A DNA stretch of 64,000 nt from Phaeosaccion multiseriatum (Eukaryota > Protista > Ochrophyta, other classes), in contig OZ218963.1 in NCBI GenBank assembly GCA_965112735.1, forward strand, positions 2,108,001 through 2,172,000, read 5' to 3'. The translations under genes and the position numbers were made by a program. The notes below the pieces were generated by a model, which saw only the letters and a program-made list of their open reading frames with translations, made no database searches and was not told the origin of the DNA. Shown here piece by piece: positions 46,260 to 59,000 of the stretch (position 1 is its first letter; every line of letters begins with the position of its first letter).

Positions 46260-49200
46260 CTACAGTTCTTCCCGGAAGCCCTTGTAGTGTCTGATGGCCA
46301 CGCCCGCTCCGACCAGGGCCGCCAGGCTAAACACAACAGAGGCGCCTAGGATGGTCGTCTCTCTGGAGTTGTGATCCTTTCCGCCCCCGCCGGCCGACCG
46401 CCCACGCTGTGCATCGACCTCGACCGGGGGAAGGGAAGGGTCATCAAAGGGGTTGCTGTTGGATCCCTCCTCTTCTTCGTCTCCTCCTCCTCCTCCTTCG
46501 GCTCCATCACCGGCACCAGCAGAAGTCGGTGGTGATGTCGGTGGTGATGTGGGGGGCGTGGTTGCCACTGGGGAAGAAGTGGGGGGTGAAGTTGGTGATG
46601 AAGTGGGTGGTGATGTGGGGGGTGTGGTTGCCACTGGGGAAGAAGTGGGAGGTGAAGTTGGTGATGAAGTGGGTGGTGATGTGGGGGGTGTGGTTGCCAC
46701 TGGGGAAGAAGTGGGGGGTGAAGTTGGTGATGAAGTGGGTGGTGATGTGGGGGGCGTGGTTGCCACTGGGGGAGAAGTGGGCGCTACAACTGTACCTTCA
46801 TCTTCCTCTCCTGCCGGCGCAGGCGTCGTATCCTCAGCGTCTCCGCCCTGGCGAGATTCATCCTCGTCGGCAGTTGGTGCGAGCGAAGCCGTGGCCTCGG
46901 CGGTGGGGGCGGCTGTGGATCGAGGAGTAGGCCTGGTTGTAGGCGAAGCTCTAGGGGCTGCTGTGGGTGTTTCGGTTGCCTGGGAACACGGGAGAAGCAA
47001 GGATACGAACAGAGTTTCGAAAGTTTCGAAGTAAGTCAAAGGGTACCCCTAAATAAGGGGAAAGGGGGATGGGGGGGGGGGGGGGGCAAGGGGCTCCTTC
47101 CCTCGACAGGCTCACAATACACAAAAAAAGGCAGTGCTATGACCGGCGTTGACCGCGCGACCCGACACGCAACACGTACCTCAGTTGGTGCTGCAGTTGG
47201 TACAGCAGTTGGTGCTTCAGCTGACTCGTCAGGAGGCAACTCAGTTGACTGGTCAGACGTAAGTGCCTCGGGTGCCTGAGACGAGACGAACAAAACAACG
47301 TCACAACAGGGTCACAAAGCGTGTGGAAGAGGTTGCCTCTAACAGCCGACCGACATACAACTCCCTCCCCCACCATACGACGGCTCCTCAGCACGAGTAC
47401 TTGCTTCTACAAACCATGCGGGGCTGGAAACCACAGACGTACCTCAGTCGGAGGCTCCGTGGGTGGAGCCGTTGGTGGTACAGTGGGAGCCACGACGGTA
47501 GGGGCTACTGTGGGTGGGGCCGTCGGGGTACGGGTGGGGGTCAAGGTGGGGGGTGACGTTGGCAGAGCAGTAGGAGCACGAGTGGGTGCCGCAGTGGGCG
47601 TTGCAGTGGGTGGGGCAGTAGGGCGCGAGGTTGGCGGGCTGGTGGGTGGTCGCGTTGGAGAGGGAGATGGGGGTGGTTGTGACACCGAAGGGGCAGCAGC
47701 CGCACCTCCGAACATGTTGATGCCCGCGCACGAGGGGAACGGGCAGGGTAAGTTGAACATTCTGAATCCCTGGGATTGGGCGTCTTCAACAATGGTGAAG
47801 GCCACCATGTAGATCTCGCCTCTGCCGTCCTCTGCGAGAGTCGCCTGTTTCGTCAAGTGACGGGTAGGTTAAGTAGGTAGGAAGAAAAGGAGGAAGGGGG
47901 GAAGGAGGTGGGTAGGTGGGTGGGTAGGTGCAAGCACAAGGTAAGGGACAAGGGAAGAGGAAAGAAGAGAGGGACGGAGTTAAGGGGGTGGTGGCTGCTT
48001 CTCTGGGAGGCGGGAACATACACCAACAGCAGAGCAGCCACAGCAGGCAAACAGCAGCTGCAACAGCAGCAGTAGCAGTAGCAGTAGCAGCCGCAGGAGG
48101 AGGCACAAACAGCATGTACAGTAAAGCAACACCGCACCTGCAATGGCGTGTCTACCCCGCCCCAGAACTCCGCCAGGCTCCAGCCCTCGTCGGTGTCAAG
48201 CCGCACGAACTTGTTGTCTCCACCGTAGTCCGCAAAGAAGTAGTCCCCATTGTAAGCATCCGCAAATTGGACTCCGCGGTACACTTGTGTAAGAGCACAA
48301 GAGACGGAGCGAGGGAGTGACAAGGGCGAAAAATTAGCAGGGGCAGGTGTAAAGGGGTAGAGAGCAAGGACGAGCGGGGGAGTGATAACAGAAAAAGCAT
48401 GGAGGGGTATGCATGCCAAGTGGAGAGCACACCATGAACAAGTCCACAATCCTCCGCAGCAAAGTTCTGCTCGCTCCATCTGCGCTTGTTGATATTTGGG
48501 TTGAAAAGGACGAAAGAAGCCAACAGGGTGTCCTTTGTTGACAATAGTTGTCTTTTATTCTCCCCGCACCAAGAGAGAGAACGACAATCACTACCGCAAC
48601 TCACCAAATCCTCCGGTGACGGAGAAGCCAGTCACGGTGTCGTCACTGCAGTGTGTGTCCCCGGGGTGGCAGTACTCGTACATTGGCAGTTCTTGAAGAG
48701 AGAAAGCAACATTGGGAAGGAGAGAGGGGGGGGCGATGGGAAGTGATTGAGTGACTCCCAGAGGGTGTTACGTGTGTTGACTTCCGGCCAGCGACAGAAA
48801 AGCAGGGAGAGAGAGAGAGAGAGAGAGTTCCAACCAGCAGGGGCGGCTTGGACAGGGGGGGGGTAGACGCGGAAAAAGAGAAGCAACCACACCCATTTTG
48901 GACCGTCAGGGAAAAGAAAGACGAGTGCAACACAGCACGTTGAGCAAGGCAGCAATGGGATAGAGTCATGCGCCTCACATATCAGAAATGTGTCTCCCTA
49001 ACTCACCCATAGACCCCAGGAGCGCAGCGCACTGTCCTGGAGAGGCCCTCACACTGTTGCACTTTCCGCCCTCGAAGGTGGGCCATCCGTGGTTTGTGCC
49101 TCCCGTAACGATGCGAACCATCTCCACGGCGGACTGCCCCACGTCTCCGCATATGTAGTCGCCAGTGAGCCTGTCGAAGCTACACCTCCAGGGGTTGCGC

Positions 49201-50892
49201 AGCCCCCAGGCCCACACCTCCTCCCGGCCTTGCCCTGCCTGGCCCGCAAAGGGGTTGGAGGGGGGGATAGAGTAGAGGCCATCGTCCGAGACAGTGGCAC
49301 TCGTGGATACGCGAATGCGCAGAATCTTGCCATTCAGTGACTGCGTATCCTGGGCCGTGTCCAAGGGGTCGTTTTGGTTGCCTCCGTCCCCCGACGAAAT
49401 ATACAAATCCAAAGCGTCGTCGCCACCACCAAGCGTTGCCGCCGGCTTGAAGTTGAGACTGCCGCCGTTGTGATTGGCTTCCGACTGAGCAATCCTAATC
49501 ACCTTCCTCTCTGAGGCTAGCGTGGCCGCTGCGTCCCCTGCGCGGTACTGAAGGCGAGACACCTGCGTGTTCCTCGCGTTCTCGTATTTGTTGGGCCCAG
49601 GAAGGGTGGGGTCCATGAGGGTGTAGGCGATGAAGAACATTCCGGTGGAGTCGAAGTCCTACACGTGTGTGTGTGTGTACGTATGGGTGTGTGTGCGTGT
49701 GTGTGTGAGTGAGTGTGTGTGTGTTGGGGTGGGGGGGTGAGAAGAGTGAACACCTTTCTTAGGTTATGGGCGGGGGAGCGGGCAGCAATGCAGCGTGCTG
49801 CGGACAAGACCACATGCATGTGTAATGTCCTGCTTGCATCTATTTCCTTGATTCGTTTCTCATCTCCTCCTCCTCCTCCTCCTTACCGGCGCGAAGGCAA
49901 GTCCGAGCAAACCCTGTTCCCCACCCACCAAGAACTCGGTCAGCGACTGAGCACACGGGGGGGAGGGAGGGAGGGAGGGAGTAAGGGGGGAGGGAGAGGC
50001 GACGCTTGTCAGGGACTAAAATGGCCTGACTTACCCCCGGGACAGAAAGAGCGAGAGCGAGAGAGAGAGAGAACGAAAAAGAGAAACAGATAAAAAGGGA
50101 GAGGAGAGCGAGAACGAACGAGAGAGAGAGAAGAAGGAAAGCTGCTGAGCCAGGTGCAGAAAGGGGGTTGTTGAGACTCACCGAAATGTCCACAATGAGG
50201 GTGCTGCTCGATACTGTTGCGGAGTGAGCAATCTCTGTAATCTCCCCCGATTGGGATACAAGCCACCACGCATCCTTCCCCGGGTGGTACTTTGCGTCCA
50301 GCACTGCCCGCGGTCGACTGCTATCCGGAAGTGATGGGAAAATGTCCTCGAACGACCCCTCTCCCACAGTATCTGTGGACGTGTCGAAAGGGTAGCTGTA
50401 GTATATTTCTGACGAGTTGGCATCGCAATAGTCCGCGGCGGAGGAGATGCCCATCAGTGCCCGGTCCGCGTCGCTGCATGCCCCCATGAACTCCTCACAC
50501 CAGCTGGTTTTCATCATGAAGATGCCCTTCTCGTTGAGATGCAGAGTCCATGGATGGCAGTCCCCACATTCCACCTGCGCGGACAGAAGTAGCATACATT
50601 TAGCAGTGAGTGGGAAGGCGCGAGAGAATTAAAAAAAATGCAGACCCTTTCCCCCCACACACTGTACCTGCATGTGGTAGGCCTGGCATGCGGCGCTCAA
50701 GCCACCAATAGCCCTTGCCTGGATGGCGCTGTCCTGCGCAGCATCACAGCAACTCCCACTGGGTTCACTATTCACGACTGTGCAATAACTCAGCGACAGT
50801 TCGACCGGGTACGTGAAATCAAGGCATTGTGGGTGCCCAGCAATGTATTGCAAAAGCCCCAGCAACCACAGCAACGAAAGGCGGAAGAACAT
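46260..50892 (-). CDS. HHIP-like / HIPL1-like protein: signal peptide, Cys-rich domain, glucose/sorbosone dehydrogenase beta-propeller, Pro/Thr stalk, C-terminal TM
   Basis: HPQCLDF N-terminus; NHNGG, LYISSGDGG, SLNGKILRI, YSIPPSNPF, WAWGLRNPWRCSFD, GDVGQ, YFFADY, LAEDGRGEIY; TSPPTSSP repeats; TM ILGASVVFSLAALVGAGVAI. Confidence 0.85.
46530..46780 (-). repeat. Coding 60-bp tandem repeat x~4 (PVATTPPTSPPTSSPTSPPTSS)
   Basis: Visible 60-nt periodicity. Confidence 0.9.
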
Positions 50893-51239
50893 GCGTGTAC
50901 ACAGCAGGGCGTACGCCCTGACTACTGATGCTGCACCTGTGGCACCCCACCCTGGTGTGAGAGTCAGAGCAAGAATATCTGGTTGGTCCGAGATCTCTCT
51001 CGGTGCTCCTTCGACGTACTGCTGCTGGACTTCAGCTCCTGAGCCTTTCTAATGGTACTGCCGCTGACACATTGGTTGTCTCTATGTCCTTCGCCCCGCT
51101 GTGTCCATCTCCTCTCTCTCTCTTCTGAACGGGAATAGAAGCAACCAGATTGATCCGGCGGCGGGCTTGGCATGACCCACGTATTCTCAGTTTCAATTTC
51201 AATTTACAAATTCGGGATCCATTCACACCCCCCCCTTGT

Positions 51240-51466
51240 TCGACCCCTGACACACTATCCGCTATCCGCTATCGCCGGCGCCAGCCGGCGCGCTATCCGC
51301 TATCGGCAGCGTCAGCCGGCTTTGGGGGGGGGGGTTGTTGGGGCGTGCTATCCGCCAGCCGGCGCGCTATCCGCTATCGGCCGGCGCCAGCCGGCACGCT
51401 ATCCGCTATCGGCCGCGGCCGATAGCGCGCTATCGAGAATGTGGGCGATAGTGTGTCAGGGGTCGA
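51240..51466. mobile_element. 227-bp MITE D with 20-bp perfect TIRs and a 6-bp TSD
   Basis: TCGACCCCTGACACACTATC (51240-59) / GATAGTGTGTCAGGGGTCGA (51447-66). CCTTGT at 51234-39 and 51467-72. Internal GCTATCCGCTATCG and CAGCCGGC repeats. Confidence 0.9.
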
Positions 51467-51520
51467 CCTTGTAAAACTCATGGCCAAGGATGTATGTGAT
51501 TAGCGAGAAGGAGTGTACAG

Positions 51521-53593
<2,073 letters not shown>

Positions 53594-53815
53594 AAACAAA
53601 AGGGACTAGGCGACAGACGGACGGAGAAGAGCTAAGAGGACGGGGACGGGACGAAAAAAGGGATTGCCTGGATATCTGGGGAAGGATGGGTGGCCGTTCA
53701 GTTTCCGTTTCAGTTTGTTGACCTTTGCCCCCTTCTCTGACTCTCGACCCTGGACAAGGTTACGGCCGCTCCCTATCGAAAAAACCTGTCAGGGGTCGAA
53801 TACAAGAAGAGCGTG

Positions 53816-55842
53816 ATAGGGGAGGTTCTCCCGTAACTGCGCGTCAGGCAAGCTGTGGTAGTATTTCTTGTGGAGCGTATGCTTTAAGACAGCCACTGCA
53901 GGGCCAACAACGCGGCCTATGCACTGCCAAAAGCAGACGATAGGTACATATTTACGTAAGCTTACTTAAGGAACTGGGGCTACTGAGCTAACCAATGATC
54001 TGTAGCCGCTTGCTGCTGCTCGAACTGGAGAGGCATCATCCCGACGGTGCCGGCAATGCGTGCGGGCCCTGGCACGCCGCGCTCCTCCGAAAGAACGACG
54101 TCGTTGGCGCCGACCAGCCACACCATCGAGCCAGGCAGGCTCGCAGCTACCACCCTTTGCTCTGCTGCGCCACAGCACGTCTCGTCCTCCGTGCTCGAGC
54201 AGTACCGGGCCTCTGGCAGGTTGCTCACTCGTGATCTCTGCCCTGCACCACGTGCCGTCCTCTCCGTGCTCGAGGTGTCGTGGTGAGACTGGGGCTGTTG
54301 CGGACTCGTGACCTCTGCGGGACCGCTACAGCACGTGTCGTCCTCCGTAATACAGCTGTACCGGGACTGAGCCTGCTGACCCTTGCTCTCTCCACTGCAG
54401 CATGTGCGGCCCTCCGTTCTAGAATGCTGCCTCTGCCTCCTCCTCTGCCCTGCCTCGCCCTGCCTCTGCTGGTGCATATCCCCCCTCCCTCTAGTCTACT
54501 GCCTCCGCGTCTTCCCTGGCTGGTTGCCACTCGCGTCTGCCGTCGTGGTGGAGGCAACGTAGTACTCCTGAGAAGGCAGCCTCGCCGGGGGGGGGGGGGG
54601 AGCCTCTCTCTGCCTGGTGGGTCTGAGTCGTGGTTGGCTTGGCTGGTGGCCGTGTGGTGGGGGCGGCACAGCAGCTGCTGCAGGCCCTCCTGCTGGCGGT
54701 GGTGGCTGTGGCTGAGGCGATACTCCTAGCGGCTGACGCCATTGTCGGCGTCGGGGTAAAGGATCAGAATGGCGGAGTGGTGGGGTGTCATGGCTGGGCT
54801 AATTCTCCACTCCTTCCCCCCCCCCCCCTGTCGCTTGTTGGCCGAGAGCAGCAGCAGCAGCAGCCAGTATGCAGTGCCCTTTGGCGGAGTGGTGGGACGT
54901 GGTAATCCACCGGCCTTGGGCTGCTTCCCCAACCCCCCCACCTGTATCCATTGATGTCGGTGCCCTTCTTGGAACTCCCTCCTCCTCACAGGAGAAGAAC
55001 CTGCCTCCCCCTTCTTCTTCCCCAGTATCCATTCGTGCGGGCGGCGCAGCAGGGCAGAGCGAGTCCTGGTGTACCTGATGAGAAAGCTGAAGCTGCTGTG
55101 GTGCTGCTGCTGCTGCTGCCGAGTTGTGAGGGAACTGATGCTGGTGGTCCATGCCCGTGCCATTTTTCCGCAAAGTCTTTTAAAGACCTAGTTTATGGCA
55201 TTTCTCTCGCCCCACAGTGGTGGGACGTGCTAATCCACCGCTGCCTTGGGCTGTTTCCCCCCCCCCCCCCCCACCTGTATCCATTAATGTCGGTGCCCTT
55301 CTTCGAACTCCCTTCTCCTCACAGGAGAAGAACCTGCCTCCCCCTTCTTCTTCCCCAGTATCCATTCGTGCGGGCGGCACAGCAGGGCAGAGCGAGTCCT
55401 GGTGTACCTGATGAGAAAGCTGAAGCTGCTGTGGTGCTGCTGCTGCTGCTGCCGACTTGTGAGGGAGCTGGTGCTGGTGGTCCATGCCCGTGCCATTTTT
55501 CCGCAAAGTCTTTTTAAGACCTAGTTTATGGCATTTTTCTCGCCCCACAGTCCGCCACGGGGTGGGAAGTACCTCAGAGGATTGATAGCGCTTTTTTCGG
55601 TGCGCCTGCTGGTGAAAGAAGCTCGGTCCGCCGAGGAGTGTGTGTGGAGAAAGACCGTCTAAAGCACGAAAAAGGGGGCGCAGACAGGGACGCAGCCAGC
55701 GACATTTTCCGAGTCAAGGGTCCCCCTTGGCAAAAATACGCACCCCCCTGGATTAAGAAGGGAGGTTTCTCCTCCCGCTCGTTAACTCGCTTGGAGGAAA
55801 AATTCTCCCCGGGCTTCGCCCGGGGAGAACCTCCCCTATAAA
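53816..55842 (-). mobile_element. Putative Helentron/HINE-like non-autonomous element 2
   Basis: 17-bp perfect inverted pair ATAGGGGAGGTTCTCCC (53816-32) / GGGAGAACCTCCCCTAT (55823-39). The right copy overlaps a perfect 12-bp hairpin (55803-29) that reads GCGAAGC on the minus strand. Internal ~330-bp tandem duplication. Confidence 0.68.
54888..55551. repeat. Tandem duplication, ~330-bp unit x2
   Basis: AGTGGTGGGACGTG starts at 54888 and 55216; both units end CGCCCCACAG. Confidence 0.93.
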
Positions 55843-56008
55843 TTTTCTTACCCTCCACCGTTGAGGTGGCCCCAAAGGACTTGACCCTTCGACTCTTCAA
55901 CAACGCAGAGAGCTTTCTAGATGACCATTTTTACATTATGCCTCTTCATTTCACTTCCACGCAACAACACAAAAACGAGTTGATTGTGCGGCCGCTGTGC
56001 CCACAAGC

Positions 56009-59000
56009 TCAAACCAGCGGCTTGGAGAGCGGCTTCTTCGGTGGTGGCGAAGGCCCCTTGTTCTTGTCCGCCTCCTGTGGTGTGTGTGGTCCCGACGGGC
56101 TTGCGCCTCCCGCTCCCCTCCCCGCTGCCCCGGCCTTCTTCGTAGCGCCACCGACCCTCTCCTGAAGGGCCTTCTTGGCTGCGTCCGCCCGCTTGCTCAC
56201 GCTCGAGGTGGTCTCCCGTCCCACCCCCTTGCCTGCCAAGAGGTCTTTAATCTCGTCACCGCTGAGCGTCTCGTACTCCATCAGGGTCTGAGGCCGATGT
56301 GACGTGATACACACACACGTGGTGATGTCATTTATCGGACACCATTTGGAGGTGACCACGCAGAAAAGCAACAGGTAGATTCGGTCACTCGCTCGCTCCC
56401 TTCCCTCCCCTGACAAGGAACTGCCCGACAGACTGAGAAGAGAGCAATCCCCCCCCCCACCCCCGGCCTCTACCACCCACCCAATCCCAGTCATAAAGCC
56501 TCCCCTCTGATCCCAATCTGTCAGAAAGCCTCCCCTTTTACCCCCCCCCTCCACCCTCCACCTCTCCCCTTTTCTACACTAAATGTTACTAGGCAAACTT
56601 CCCTCCCCACCCAACCCCACCGTAGCCCTCCCTCCTTCCCTCCCTACGAGACTAACCTTGGCGACAAGGTGAAGATTGGCCACCTCCTTGGACAGCAGCT
56701 CCTTGGTACGGGTGTAGCTCTCGTCCAGCATCATGCGAATCTCTCTATCCGCCGTGTTGCGCAGCTCGCCGCTCTCGCTCTTGCCATCAAAGTACATCTT
56801 AAGAAGAGAAGAGAGGAGGAGGGAGGGGGGGGGAGGGACACAAATTTAAAAGGAGCGGCCGGGCGAGAGGGGTGGGCCAGCGTCATCCTCCTCTGAGGGC
56901 GGGGAGGGGATGATCCACGCAAGCGGCACACGCACAGGAGGGGTATACAAGAGAGCCCCGGAAGAGCACAAGCTCAAGCCTTTCAATCCTCCCTCTCTTG
57001 CCTTCCAAACTGCTATCGGCGCCCCTCCCCCCCCCTCCCCAAGCTCTGCCCCTCTCCCTGTCCCTCTCTCCCTCTCGCTGCCCACCTTTCCAATTTTGTC
57101 GTTCATGCCGAACTTTGTGACCATGAGCCTGGCGATTCGATTGGCCTGCTGAAGGTCACTGCTTGCCCCCGAGGTCACGTGCTCGGGACCCAAGATTAGC
57201 TCCTCCGCCACCCTGCGAGAGAGAGAGAGAAGGGGGGGGGAGGGGGGGTTGTGACGACAGCAACGACGTTATCACATGATAAGAGTGATGATGATGAGCA
57301 TGATACGAGGTAAGATTTACATTTATCCTATGCATCAAAACATAATACAGGCCCCACACAGGAACACACACACTCAACATGAAACATGCATCTCTCTTTG
57401 AAAACAAGTACTACAAGTGCAAGAAGGAAGGGTAGCGGGTGGCAGAGATATAGACAGCACTAGCCTTGTCGACACCGAACACCTCTCTTTGTTTTGATGA
57501 GACAGCATGTACCACCCCCTCTTTGCCCCGAATGCCGAAAGCACTGACTCACCTTCCGCCCATGCATACGTCGAGCCTCGCGAGCATCTGCTGTCTTGAC
57601 TCCGAGGTCTGGTCTCCCTCAGGGAGCTGCATGACCATGCCCAGCGCCTGCCCCCTGTCGAGTCAAGGTCGTTATTAAACAAGCAACAATGAGTTGTTCA
57701 GTCTAGGTTAAATCGATGGGTTCACAGCGACTGATGATGGTAAGAAAAAATCGCAGACGTCCGGGAGAGACGGAAACAAGCAGGAAAAGAGAAAGACCCT
57801 AAAGAAAGGTAGAGGCACACAGACAGGCAGACAGACACACAGATAGACAATATAGACTGACAGATAACACAGAGAGACAGACCGAGGGACCGACAGAGAG
57901 ACAGACAAATAGACAGAAAGGACAGACAGGCCTCATCGGTATCACTGACCTGGGCATGATGGTGGCCTTGTGAACGGGTTGGGCCCCCTTGGTGAGCAGC
58001 GCCACTAGTGCATGGCCGCCTTCGTGGTAGGCAGTCACCTGCGATGGGAAAAGACAAAGGACAAGGAGGGAAGGCCAGACAAGGAAAGAAGAGAGAAGAA
58101 GGGATACCACCAAGTACGGTAGAGTAAGGCAAGGGCTGTGGTGCGAAGGGAAGGGGAACGGCGTGATACGGGAGGGGGAGGGAGGAGGGGTGGGCTGTTT
58201 GTATAGAGAAGAAGGAAGGAAAGGGGGCCGAGCAACACGTTCTCTTCTCAGGGAGTGAAGCAAGTACATGCTTCAACCCTTCGGCAGTAGAGGCTACTAG
58301 TCACCACTGCGGCTCGCCCGAAGTTTTCCACCTCCACCTCCAGCGATCCTCCAGCCAAATATGCTGAGGGGTGTAGCACATTCCCCCACCATACAAGTTA
58401 AAGTATCCCCCTTTATCCTATCCCTCGGGTCTCTTCGTCTCTGCCTCTCGCCCCCCTCTGCCTCCGCCCTCTCTCTATCTCCCCTCGAAGCGCTCCATTC
58501 GATGATTTGGGTTATGGTTGTTCGCACCTTTGCGGTCTCCTCGGATATAACGGCGCTCTTCCTCTCCGCCCCCATGAATATCTTGTCCTTGGCCCACTCC
58601 AATGTGTCCATGGAGATGGAAGCAGCGCCCACCACAGAGGCCTTGAGTGCTGCCTGATTCACCAAGTTGGCCAAGTCCGCTCCGGACATGCCCGGTGTTC
58701 CTCTACTCATCATCATCATCATCATCATCATGAACATCATCATCATCAGTAGCAGCAGCAGCAGCAATAGCAGCAGCAAGATCAAGGGAAGGAGATGGGG
58801 TAGAAGGGGGCATGGGTGGTCATCAGCGAGGCAGTGGGGGGGGGGGGGGCGTTCTTGGTTTGATGGAGGTGAGGTGATTTATAAGTCTACCTACGAAACC
58901 CACCCAAAGAGCACCTCAGATTCGATGTACTTGAATTTATCCCCCTTCAGCAACTGGACCTTGCTGCAGGCACCACCTCCCCGTTAGATTGCCCCTTTCC

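Noticed and set aside
51256-51435. CRISPR-like repeat cluster
   Set aside because: Short irregular repeats with no unique spacers, lying inside a TIR/TSD-bounded MITE in a eukaryote.
55803-55829. Rho-independent terminator
   Set aside because: Eukaryotic context; the hairpin overlaps a 17-bp repeat with a distant inverted partner.
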